Shown one piece after another: positions 20,443 through 29,189 of a stretch of 64,000 bases of DNA. Both the position numbers and the translations under genes were made by a program. The notes beneath the pieces were generated by a model, which saw only the letters and a list, made by a program, of their open reading frames with translations, did no database searches and was not told the DNA's origin. The DNA lies in IMG/VR virus record IMGVR_UViG_3300043570_000787, positions 973 through 64,972 of that record, one strand, 5' to 3'. The DNA comes from a virus (Duplodnaviria > Caudoviricetes). The number at the start of each line of letters is the position of its first letter. The first letter of the stretch is position 1.

Positions 20443-21264
20443 CTATTTATTTTTTAATGTTTCTACTTCTGCAGCTAAATCTTTTATAGCTTGAACTAAT
20501 ACAGGAATTAATTTACCATAAGTGGCTTCTAATCTTTCAGGATTAGACTCATATACTAATTTTAATGTATCGGCCATCTCAATATCTTCTTGTGCGGATT
20601 TTAAGTCTTGCGCGATAAAACCAAAGTCAGCTATATCGTGCTTACCTTCTTCTCTACGGTCATCCCAAACAAACTCTACAGGACGAAGTGACTTAACAAA
20701 GTCAAGTCCTGCACGTAAGTCAGTAATATCTTTTTTATCTCTTGCATCAGATAATGATGTGATAGCTGTTACATTACAACGAAGAGCTGAAATCAAAAAG
20801 TTACCTAATGTTATTTCATTACTTACTGTGTTTGAAGATGGAGAAGCAAAGTCTCCTAATAATATATTATTAGAACCTGATTGTAGCATATATGATGCTA
20901 ATGAACTACCACCAATAATTACATTTTTGTTACCATAAACAAGATTTGCTCCTGCCTGTACTCCCAAAAATATATTACCCGACCCGCTTAGTGATGGATT
21001 TGATGGATGAGTTTGAAGATAATATCCTGCCTCTTGTCCAATTGAAATATTATGAGCTCCACCTGTTAAAAAGTTTAATGATTGCTTACCAATTGCAACA
21101 TTACCAAGACTACTTGTTAATGACTCTAAACTTCCTTCTCCAATAGCTATATTGTAATGTGTAGGATTTGCTACAGTTGGTTTACTAATATTAATTCCAC
21201 TAACAGTAACAACATCAGATCCTAATGTAAATGGTTGTACTATGTCTACGTTAATCTGACTCAT
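20443..21264 (-). CDS. fibre/spike protein with C-terminal intramolecular chaperone (paralogue of 19619-20440)
   Basis: same architecture, MSQINVD start, SDARDKK, GFIAQD. Confidence 0.8.
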   Translation of the reverse strand: MSQINVDIVQPFTLGSDVVTVSGINISKPTVANPTHYNIAIGEGSLESLTSSLGNVAIGKQSLNFLTGGAHNISIGQEAGYYLQTHPSNPSLSGSGNIFLGVQAGANLVYGNKNVIIGGSSLASYMLQSGSNNILLGDFASPSSNTVSNEITLGNFLISALRCNVTAITSLSDARDKKDITDLRAGLDFVKSLRPVEFVWDDRREEGKHDIADFGFIAQDLKSAQEDIEMADTLKLVYESNPERLEATYGKLIPVLVQAIKDLAAEVETLKNK

Positions 21265-21282
21265 TTGTCTTTGTTTTTATTG

Positions 21283-21558
21283 TTATAAAATATTTAATGT
21301 TGTTCCTAATGGAATAGTTAATGCACCAGACATAAGTAATGGTCCAGTATAGTTAATTGTTGCTCCAGCAGGTAAAGTAATGTCTTGTGTAATTGCACCT
21401 ACAATAGTAAACCCATTAGCATAAATACTAGATCCTAATACTTGTTGATTTCCACCTGCATTTAATTCAGATACAATCTGTTGAATATCTTCTACGATAT
21501 ATTTTTCATTTGATTTCTGACCGAAACCAGACAATGATGATCTTTGAGTAATTGCCAT
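21283..21558 (-). CDS. small virion-associated protein
   Basis: 91 aa with beta-rich C-terminus; upstream TATATTTG at 21575-21582. Confidence 0.6.
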   Translation of the reverse strand: MAITQRSSLSGFGQKSNEKYIVEDIQQIVSELNAGGNQQVLGSSIYANGFTIVGAITQDITLPAGATINYTGPLLMSGALTIPLGTTLNIL

Positions 21559-21591
21559 AATTATTTATTTTCTACAAATATACTTGTTTTA

Positions 21592-23652
21592 TTAATCTAA
21601 TACTTTTAGGATCTTTCCGGTGCGAGAGTCGACCCGCGCCCTCTTCATCCTGAAGTTAGTCTCCTTACACTGCACATATCTGATCACTACGTGCGTATTC
21701 TTATCTTCGTTACGTATGTTCTCAGGTTCGTACCTAGAATGCGACTGAGCGTTTATATAAGCAAATGTAATAGCGAATATAGCATCATCATAATCGTATC
21801 TAGTATCAGCTGCCTGGTATCTAGTCTGTCTATGACTCGTAGTACTCTTTAAATCCTTCTCAACAAAGGTCTTCAGCTGCTCCCACAACCAAGGTACATC
21901 TATGTTGATGCCGTAGGCATCAATCATCTCCTCTGTTTTCGCAATTATACGTGGTGCTGTGTTTGATTTGTTGGAAATGCCGAACCATTTCCCTCCATGA
22001 GTTTGAAAGTATTCAGCTAATTGCGTATTTGCAGTAAACTTATTCTTAAATCCGTGTATTTCTTGGAAATCGACATGCATATCGCCAATATTATTCTCTA
22101 CTAGCTCCTTTACACCGCCTCTACGTTGCTGATCGTAGTATAAACTCTGCAATAGCACCTGTAAATAGGTCTGTTTGAACTTTCTGTCCCTATGGAATAC
22201 TACGGAAGACACACAATTAGTCAATGCATCCCATATTGCACTACACATCATGGAGTGTCCTGTCTCTGAGTTGATGGGGTCAGTACCTTGATACCATCTA
22301 TTCTTCCAAACTTCGTTATTTGGTGGGTGATGAACTATCATTGCTGAGGTTGATACGTCTTCTCTGCCACTTGTGTTCACCCATCTAGCTCCAATTATCC
22401 TATAATCAGTCAATAAGTCAGGTGTTGGTTGGCTCATATCCATAATTGGCTCGAAATAACCGTATTCAATGGGCACATCCTTGCCATATATGTCTGCTAG
22501 ACGTTGATTGCAGGTATGAATTGGCACTAAAGTACGTGCTTTACGCAAGAACATGTCATCTATGGTGATTGGGTAGTGCTGATGGAACTGTACTTTGGCA
22601 ACTTCACCTTTCTTTGTTCCCTCTAGGGATAGATATGCTTTACGTTCGTTATTGATGTGCTCATCGCTAACTCCTCTACGTGCGTATGCGTTAAAAAACA
22701 ATGGAATGATACCGTATTCAAAGTTTTTCTCTCTCCATTGGCTTAGACACATCTTAAATTCTGCCTCGAATACTGATCCACCCTTATCCATTTCACCTCC
22801 TGTACCCCAAGCAATGAACTGCTGTTGCATAGTCATTTTACCTGTCTCAGGATTGTACTTAAATAAAGCAGGACGACCTTCACGCATCATCTCACCAAAG
22901 ATATCGAATAAACCAATCTCATCGATGAATACCGCAGAAGGAGATCCCCCGTTGATTGCATCAATCTGTGGGCTGTCTACTTGGAATCGTGATGCTCCAC
23001 CATCGTCTCGTCCTTTCTTATCGCCCTTCTTATCGAATGACATTACTTGATCGGTCCAGTTTTTTACATCCTGCGCTAGGTAGTCAGGAATCTTTGTGTA
23101 TGTCCACTTAACTTTATCCCGGAAAATCTCCACCCCTTTATCTTTGGAGTGAGTAACGAACTTAATGAAATAAGATTTGTTTAGGTTGACACGTTTCATT
23201 CCTGCAAGACACATGGTTGTAGTAAATCCAATCTGACGGGCTTTACCAATCATCATAGAGTATCCACAGTCGAATAGGAATAGAAGAACCTTCTGTGCAT
23301 CCCACGCTTGGTAGCGTAGCATACCATTCTCAGCTTTATCTTCTTTAATCCATCCGTATTTATTACAGAAGTAAAGTGTGTTATCGTTACACTTTTGGAT
23401 TTCAGTAGCTAAGAAATTGTATTGATCTTCTTCGTTGTCGAGATCGGTAATAACCGTATCATCTTCTAGCCATATTCTGGCTTGTTCGCAATATAGATCA
23501 AAGGGCTTAAACCTCAATTTGTTTTGCCATCCTGAGTTAATGCTGTTTATCCAATCTACAAATTCTTTTGGATATTCAAACTCTTTATGTGATGGTTTCC
23601 ACTCTGTTGTAAGTATCCTCCTTTGAACTACATCGTCTTTTGATTGACGCAT
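21592..23652 (-). CDS. terL: terminase large subunit
   Basis: Walker A KARQIGFTT, Walker B VFIDEIG, nuclease motifs GTDP and YDDAIFA. Confidence 0.92.
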   Translation of the reverse strand: MRQSKDDVVQRRILTTEWKPSHKEFEYPKEFVDWINSINSGWQNKLRFKPFDLYCEQARIWLEDDTVITDLDNEEDQYNFLATEIQKCNDNTLYFCNKYGWIKEDKAENGMLRYQAWDAQKVLLFLFDCGYSMMIGKARQIGFTTTMCLAGMKRVNLNKSYFIKFVTHSKDKGVEIFRDKVKWTYTKIPDYLAQDVKNWTDQVMSFDKKGDKKGRDDGGASRFQVDSPQIDAINGGSPSAVFIDEIGLFDIFGEMMREGRPALFKYNPETGKMTMQQQFIAWGTGGEMDKGGSVFEAEFKMCLSQWREKNFEYGIIPLFFNAYARRGVSDEHINNERKAYLSLEGTKKGEVAKVQFHQHYPITIDDMFLRKARTLVPIHTCNQRLADIYGKDVPIEYGYFEPIMDMSQPTPDLLTDYRIIGARWVNTSGREDVSTSAMIVHHPPNNEVWKNRWYQGTDPINSETGHSMMCSAIWDALTNCVSSVVFHRDRKFKQTYLQVLLQSLYYDQQRRGGVKELVENNIGDMHVDFQEIHGFKNKFTANTQLAEYFQTHGGKWFGISNKSNTAPRIIAKTEEMIDAYGINIDVPWLWEQLKTFVEKDLKSTTSHRQTRYQAADTRYDYDDAIFAITFAYINAQSHSRYEPENIRNEDKNTHVVIRYVQCKETNFRMKRARVDSRTGKILKVLD

Positions 23653-23658
23653 AGTAGT

Positions 23659-23760
23659 CTATTTTTTTTTCGGCATTTCTTTTTTGCCTTTCTTAATCTT
23701 CTGTCCTAATGCATAAGCTTTCTTAAGCAAGATAGGATTGATTTCTTTTTTCTTGTCCAT
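23659..23760 (-). CDS. 33-aa lysine-rich peptide
   Basis: MDKKKEINPILLKKAYALGQKIKKGKKEMPKKK, hand-translated; start overlaps the upstream stop (TAATG). Confidence 0.55.
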   Translation of the reverse strand: MDKKKEINPILLKKAYALGQKIKKGKKEMPKKK

Positions 23761-23921
23761 TACTTTTTCTTTTTAAACTTAGACATCATTTTTTCTTTAA
23801 ACTCTGCTCTCTTTGATTCACCTTTCTCGTGCTTCATTTTAGCTTTAGGAGATTTGTATGACTCCTCAGACATTGACCCTTCGTATTCCATTAGGGCTTT
23901 CTTAATTGCTCTTCCTTTCAT
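23760..23921 (-). CDS. 53-aa lysine-rich peptide
   Basis: MKGRAIKKALMEYEG...MKHEKGESK...KKKK; TAATG coupling at both ends. Confidence 0.6.
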   Translation of the reverse strand: MKGRAIKKALMEYEGSMSEESYKSPKAKMKHEKGESKRAEFKEKMMSKFKKKK

Positions 23922-24100
23922 TAGTCGCAGTATTTTTTATCTTTAGTATTCTTGTACATCAACTTAAACTTAGGTTGACAAGCACATGACATATCTTGTG
24001 CCAATGTAGGTGTAGCTACAGGTCTCCCTTCTACACGACCTTTGTCAGTATAGCTTCCACTTTTCTTGGGATCTGATGCGTAATATTTATCTGTCTTCAT
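23921..24100 (-). CDS. 59-aa basic peptide
   Basis: MKTDKYYASDPKK...KKYCD; TACCTTTG promoter element at 24115-24122. Confidence 0.55.
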   Translation of the reverse strand: MKTDKYYASDPKKSGSYTDKGRVEGRPVATPTLAQDMSCACQPKFKLMYKNTKDKKYCD

Positions 24101-24348
24101 GATTAATGTTTTTTCAAAGGTATAAATTATTTTTGTTAAGTTATTTTATATCAGAAAAATGCATATAATTATTCCGTTATTATGGACAAAAATGGGTGTA
24201 ATGTACGTTAAAACACACATTATAATATGTATTTATCCTTTATATGACCACTTATGAATAATATAATATGCAAAATCACATTGTAATGTGGATTGCGATA
24301 TGCAATATGTCAAGTTTTTTGTCCCATTAACTAGAGAAATTTGGGACT

Positions 24349-24386
24349 AAAAAAAAGGAGGGCCGCTTTCAACTGGAACCTCCTTT
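24349..24386 (-). terminator. putative terminator downstream of the phosphoesterase gene
   Basis: aaaggagg/cctccttt inverted repeat with a plus-strand A run (U tract on minus); loop is long. Confidence 0.45.
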
Positions 24387-24425
24387 CTTGTAAAACTAAA
24401 CAATTTAACAGAACAAATATACTAA

Positions 24426-25304
24426 TTAAATCGGGAACTTGATACTATCTATTGATTTTAATAATACATCTTTTCCTCCTGTAGAATCTCTGCGTGTATC
24501 GATGATTAAGATTCTACTTCCTACAGGTTTTGGAGGGGCACCTCTTTCTACGTGCCATCCTTTAGATCCATCACCAAACTCTTCTTTGTAAGTACCGGTA
24601 ATCATTAAATGGATTTGTCGTTGCTTATTTCTATATCCTGAAATAGAGTGGTGCTCAATTACATCACGTGCTATGTTAGTGCATTTGTTTTCGTGAATAT
24701 GCCCCATAGCAAACACATCAAAATCCTCATACATTTCAAGGGCTCTAGTCAAATTGATCTCGCCACGTGTAACAATTCCACCGCCCCCAGAACCATGAAA
24801 ATATTTTATCTTGCTGACAACGTGATACTTAGGTCTAGCTTCTTGACGTACAAGAAACCATCCACCGTATCCACCTGTTTGAACATTGCTGCCATTCTTG
24901 TAGTTAAGCAAGTCAACAAAGCGTTGAAGGATGTCAGTCTCTTGGCGTTTAATCACAGAAGTCTCATGGTTACCATAACCAATCACAGTAATTAAGTGTG
25001 CGTATGGTGAAAAGAAATCTACCGCAGTTTCTACGATAGAGTCTAGGTATTTAATGTTGTTATGCTCAGGACGGATATCAGACTTAGTCCCCCTTGGGTC
25101 CCATTTTCCTTGCATGAGGCAAAATGTGTCTCCGTTGAACATCATTGGTATTGAGTGTTTAAGGCAATAGTCTAAGTCTCTTCTTAGCAAGTCCCAATCA
25201 CATTTAGGATTATCCCAGTGTATATCTGAGAACATTCCAATCTTAACTTTTGATCCCGTAATATTTAATTCGTGGATGTTTTTTGCATGCCTAATTAATT
25301 CCAT
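24426..25304 (-). CDS. calcineurin-like metallophosphoesterase
   Basis: SDIH, NGD, GNHE, HG and GHIH motifs. Confidence 0.85.
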   Translation of the reverse strand: MELIRHAKNIHELNITGSKVKIGMFSDIHWDNPKCDWDLLRRDLDYCLKHSIPMMFNGDTFCLMQGKWDPRGTKSDIRPEHNNIKYLDSIVETAVDFFSPYAHLITVIGYGNHETSVIKRQETDILQRFVDLLNYKNGSNVQTGGYGGWFLVRQEARPKYHVVSKIKYFHGSGGGGIVTRGEINLTRALEMYEDFDVFAMGHIHENKCTNIARDVIEHHSISGYRNKQRQIHLMITGTYKEEFGDGSKGWHVERGAPPKPVGSRILIIDTRRDSTGGKDVLLKSIDSIKFPI

Positions 25305-25307
25305 AAG

Positions 25308-25847
25308 TTAGTCGTTTGATTCATATTCTTCTTCTAGATCAACATTGCGCTTGGGCATTCGATCATATTCTTTTGAGCAATAAAATATCTTCTTGATTGT
25401 TCCTTTGTAAAAGTAGATAGGATTAACCATGTAGGTTCTCCTGTTTTTTTCTTTGGTAAATCTAATCACATCACGCTCACATAACTCAGCAATACTCTTC
25501 ATGACATATCGCATGTTCATGTCAGTCAGCTGCTGAATATCTCTAAGGCTATAATTCTTGATTGTATTTCCGTAGTTCATCTGTCTAGTAAAAAACCTCA
25601 GCATCTTATTAGCCGCAGGCTTCAATTCGTCCATCACTTCTAAAGACTCCGTAAAGGTAATCATATACCTCATACGCTTTCTTTTAAGCAGGTTACTAAT
25701 TACATCATCAACCTCAGCAGTATAGCTATCAGCCAATGGAATCAACTCACCGTGAAAATCCTTGTAGTATAAATCAAGGTCCTTCATCTTATGTGAGATT
25801 ACCCTATCTGCCTCTAGCAAGATAAGGTCAAATACAATGTCGCTCAT
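25308..25847 (-). CDS. winged-helix DNA-binding protein, RepL-like
   Basis: HTH-like segment SLRDIQQLTDMNMRYVMKSIAEL followed by YMVNPIYFYKG. Confidence 0.55.
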   Translation of the reverse strand: MSDIVFDLILLEADRVISHKMKDLDLYYKDFHGELIPLADSYTAEVDDVISNLLKRKRMRYMITFTESLEVMDELKPAANKMLRFFTRQMNYGNTIKNYSLRDIQQLTDMNMRYVMKSIAELCERDVIRFTKEKNRRTYMVNPIYFYKGTIKKIFYCSKEYDRMPKRNVDLEEEYESND

Positions 25848-26146
25848 TTCTTTTTGGTATTAATTATTTCATCTACATTAATCTTAATCTTCTTCAGATT
25901 AGATATACTCTCACGATGTCTAGTATGCTCATAGAATATTAATCCATTCAACGCCCTACTAAATTCAGTAATACTCATATTACCTTTCATCTTATTACAA
26001 TCGCCACAACAAGGAACCTTATTATCATTACTCAACTTACCACCCCTGCTCTTAGGATACAGATGATCCACAGTCCTGCTATAGTTATCTAAGGTTGTCT
26101 TACAGTAAGCACACACACTTAGATCTATTCCGCTTTTAGTTATCAT
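25844..26146 (-). CDS. HNH endonuclease (possibly packaging-associated)
   Basis: CAYC...TVDHLYPKSRGG...N..PCCGDCNKMKG. Confidence 0.9.
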   Translation of the reverse strand: MITKSGIDLSVCAYCKTTLDNYSRTVDHLYPKSRGGKLSNDNKVPCCGDCNKMKGNMSITEFSRALNGLIFYEHTRHRESISNLKKIKINVDEIINTKKK

Positions 26147-26937
26147 AGTACAAATATAATACTATTTACACAACTACTAGGAAAAGTGTTACCACTCGTC
26201 TGGCACAACTTGTATACACTTTTTACACCCTTAACTATCTGTACTACAAACACTTAAGAAAAAATCCCTTATATTGTTTATCTCTAAAGATCTCTTAATC
26301 GAAAAACATGACACCTGGAGATAGTATAATTCGATGATACTTCATCTGATTATCTGTCATAAGGATAGGATCACATAAACATCAATGATAGCCCTCTCGT
26401 GTATAACATCAATGATTCTGTACTTGTATCTACCCTATCCCATCTAGCTAACCTATGGTTACGCTTGTAATGCTACCCCCATAGGGTACATTAATGGTAC
26501 TACTATCCCTCCCCCTTTTTATATCGGATGTTCCTAACCCCAATTACAATACCCCCTGTCGTCAGGAAAAAGTATCTGTGTTTTTGAGGGACTTATACGC
26601 GCTAACCTATCCCCTCCCCGTTTCAAAAGGAAAACCGACATTGTCAAACCCTTGATTGTCAATCAGTTAACTATCTTTTTTGTCCTGTGTTACTCTTCAA
26701 ACCCCCGTTGGTATTGGGTTTCAGACGTTCGGACATATATTTGCACCATTTTAGGTATTATTCACCCTCTTTTTTATGTACTTTTTTGCTTCAAATATGC
26801 ATACATTTTAGCCTTTTAATTCCTTTCATTTGTGCCAAAAATCACCTATTTATTGGGAAAATCCAGTATTTTTATCAATTTGTAACTCATTGATTTTCAG
26901 TAACTTAAATACAATTTCAAATTTATTTTCACATTAG

Positions 26938-26971
26938 ATTGTAATTTATTCAAATTTAATTATTAATATTG
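26938..26971 (+). promoter_or_regulatory. putative first early promoter (host-sigma type)
   Basis: TAATATTG (26964-26971), one mismatch to TAnnTTTG, with TTG at 26939-26941 in an AT-rich stretch; a hairpin starts at the expected start site. Confidence 0.5.
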
Positions 26972-26977
26972 CTCCAT

Positions 26978-27482
26978 GTTTGAAACGTCAAACGTATTGA
27001 AACAAGCGGGAATTAATATAGCACGAATGTAGGGGACGAAATTAGTAATCCTTAATGCGTAATGCGTTACTAAGTAGATAGGCTACCTTATCGAAATGTA
27101 ATTAAACGAAAAGTACTGAAATTAACGCCGTCCCTAGTGGACGTAACCAAATAGCAATATTGGGGACATATTGGAAAGTAATTAGATAGCTTGGATTTTA
27201 AAAAATTGCCTTGAAATTCCCTACCAACACCATTTAGCGAAATGCTAGGCGAAAGGTAGCAAGTAGTGGGGATTAAGTAATACAAAGTTTTTTTATCGGT
27301 TTGTCATCTAGTAAAATTCAATAAGGGAATAAGTTGCAACGATAGGGTGAATGTTAATAAAATCCCCGAATACTTGAAATAGTATACGCAATACCTAGTA
27401 GAATAGTGAGCGTCAACGTGCTAATCAAAATAACGTGATTAGGTTTAAAGATAGCAATTTAAACAAAACTGCAAAATTCCCG
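26978..27482 (+). ncRNA. candidate large structured ncRNA (~500 nt)
   Basis: no plus-strand ORF; long-range helices cgggaatt 27007-27014/aattcccg 27475-27482 and tagcacg 27019-27025/cgtgcta 27417-27423; many internal hairpins, several with GAAA/GCAA-containing loops. Confidence 0.6.
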
Positions 27483-27486
27483 ATAA

Positions 27487-27554
27487 GGTTAACCGATGAG
27501 CTTTTATTAAGCGAAACGTAGGTAAACGAAATAATTTTTGCCTACGTCTTAACC
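27487..27554 (+). ncRNA. hammerhead ribozyme, type I, variant core (CCGAUGA)
   Basis: stem I ggttaa/ttaacc; core ccgatga 27493-27499; stem II gctt/aagc; GAAA 27513-27516; stem III cgtaggtaaa/tttgcctacg; GUC triplet, cleavage predicted after 27548. Confidence 0.85.
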
Positions 27555-27571
27555 AATTAAATTTTTTTATT

Positions 27572-27943
27572 ATGGCAACAACTGCTAACAAAACAAAAGT
27601 AAACGTAGTTAAAACGACAACTACGAAAGTAATTAACGCAACTAAAAAAGTTGAAAAAGTTGCAAAAGTAACCTACTTAACAGAAGGAGTAACAGGCAAG
27701 CAAATGATGCGTTCAATTTTCGATGCGAATAACGCACATAAGCAGGACTTAGGTACATTTAGCCAATGTTTGAAGCGTGCAACTGAATTTGGTGCAACTG
27801 AATTAGCAAAGAATATCAAAGGATTTGATGTCAAAGAATGTACACCAAAGAATTTAATTCCATTACGTACAAAGGACATGGACGCAAAATTTAGTGTGTA
27901 CGAAGTGCTAATGTTAATCAAGAAATTCTACCAAACAAAGTAA
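27572..27943 (+). CDS. first early gene, basic hypothetical protein
   Basis: 123 aa, K/T-rich N-terminus, followed by a terminator. Confidence 0.8.
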   Translation: MATTANKTKVNVVKTTTTKVINATKKVEKVAKVTYLTEGVTGKQMMRSIFDANNAHKQDLGTFSQCLKRATEFGATELAKNIKGFDVKECTPKNLIPLRTKDMDAKFSVYEVLMLIKKFYQTK

Positions 27944-27964
27944 TTCAATGAGTTTTAATCAATG

Positions 27965-27993
27965 AGGGGATGCGATAACGTGTCCCCTTTTTT
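27965..27993 (+). terminator. intrinsic terminator
   Basis: aggggatgcg-ataa-cgtgtcccct followed by a T tract. Confidence 0.8.
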
Positions 27994-28005
27994 AATATCT
28001 ACCAA

Positions 28006-28179
28006 ATGACAAAAGCCATTTTTATTGTGATGCTAGTTGGAGTACTAGTATCGTTTTGTGTTATGTGCGTATCTATGTGCATAACAGACGTGAATCTGTT
28101 TACATTCAGCGTTTTCCAGACGTTGCTATGTCTTGCAGGAATGTGTATAAGTGTTAAACAATTAGATAAAGAAGCATGA
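28006..28179 (+). CDS. 57-aa membrane protein
   Basis: two hydrophobic segments; ATGA overlap with the next gene; hand-translated. Confidence 0.5.
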   Translation: MTKAIFIVMLVGVLVSFCVMCVSMCITDVNLFTFSVFQTLLCLAGMCISVKQLDKEA

Positions 28180-28388
28180 AAAAGAACGTACTAATCAATA
28201 GAGTATTCAGTTTAGAGTACTCATTGGAATCAAACCGAACACTAATCCTTCAAGGAGGGAAATGGATAGCCGTTAACACGTATCTACCATTGAAGAAAAT
28301 TGTACGCAAGTATAAGAACGCAACGGACGTAATGTATGAGAACGTCCAGCAGGATCTATGCACACGTTATTACTCACTACATAAATAG
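28176..28388 (+). CDS. hypothetical protein
   Basis: 70-aa ORF in early operon. Confidence 0.55.
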   Translation: MKKNVLINRVFSLEYSLESNRTLILQGGKWIAVNTYLPLKKIVRKYKNATDVMYENVQQDLCTRYYSLHK

Positions 28389-28516
28389 AAGGATATGAAT
28401 GCAGGAGAACTAATGTACCTGAGTGTACTGGCGAACGTGTACCTACTAATGAAGTACATTCAATACAAACCGAAATATAAGAAATAACATTCTGTTGTGG
28501 TAGATAGAGGCGGGTG

Positions 28517-28546
28517 AAGGCGTATACATAATTGTGTACGCTTTTT
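28517..28546 (+). terminator. intrinsic terminator
   Basis: aaggcgtataca-taat-tgtgtacgctt followed by T tract. Confidence 0.7.
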
Positions 28547-28679
28547 GCTTTATACCATGACGCAAACCTTTAATACAAAAAGAAATGACACAAAAAAAGA
28601 AAGAAAGAATAGGGATGATACTGATGTATTCATTCGTATTGAGCGTAGTAATTACATCTATATTACTAACAAGAAACTA

Positions 28680-28934
28680 ATGGATAAGATGGATACGAAC
28701 ATAGACTTGATGAATGACTTGATGCTTAATCAACCTCATCAAGCTGTATCGCAAACATTTATCCTTACAGCTATCCAGGATTATTGCCAAAAAATGTTAT
28801 CTAATAAGAATTGGATAATACAATTTGAGGAGAGAGCAAAGATAGAAGGGTTGATACCTAACCTACCTGCGAGTACTTGGATTGAGGTGGCCGGTAATAT
28901 TAATGATAAGTTGTACAAGTTTTACAATCGTTAA
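28680..28934 (+). CDS. hypothetical protein
   Basis: 3' part of track ORF 28545-28934; ATG at 28680 preferred because the track start lies within the terminator. Confidence 0.55.
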   Translation: MDKMDTNIDLMNDLMLNQPHQAVSQTFILTAIQDYCQKMLSNKNWIIQFEERAKIEGLIPNLPASTWIEVAGNINDKLYKFYNR

Positions 28935-28955
28935 CCACTGTCAAAGCAATAAAAA

Positions 28956-29189
28956 ATGAGCAAGATAATTCAGAAATTCAAGAAAGAAAAAGATATCATC
29001 GGGAGTGATGTTATCAAAAAGCTAGTCGCTGAGTGTTTAAGTCAAAGAGGCGAAGACAGCCTTATGTCATGTCTAAAAAACTATCAAGATGAAGAGAATT
29101 CAAATTACGTGAACGCCCTTCATACTTGGAGTTCATCTAAGGATGGTCGTGAGTATTGGGATGATTTAAACAATAAAGTAGGATATTAA
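28956..29189 (+). CDS. small protein of the WxxxxxGxxYW family
   Basis: TWSSSKDGREYWDDLN. Confidence 0.7.
   Translation: MSKIIQKFKKEKDIIGSDVIKKLVAECLSQRGEDSLMSCLKNYQDEENSNYVNALHTWSSSKDGREYWDDLNNKVGY

Noticed and set aside
19619-21264. diversity-generating retroelement TR/VR pair
   Set aside because: similarity lies in the chaperone domain of two intact genes, differences are not confined to adenines, and no reverse transcriptase is in the window
26687-27285. short ORFs 26687-26893 (+) and 27088-27285 (-)
   Set aside because: non-ATG starts, atypical composition, and the second lies antisense to the structured RNA candidate
26978-27482. tmRNA, RNase P RNA or group I/II intron
   Set aside because: no tRNA-like ends, no GAGGAAAGUCC-type P4 signature, no interrupted gene and no recognisable domain V or P7 core; a covariance-model search is still needed
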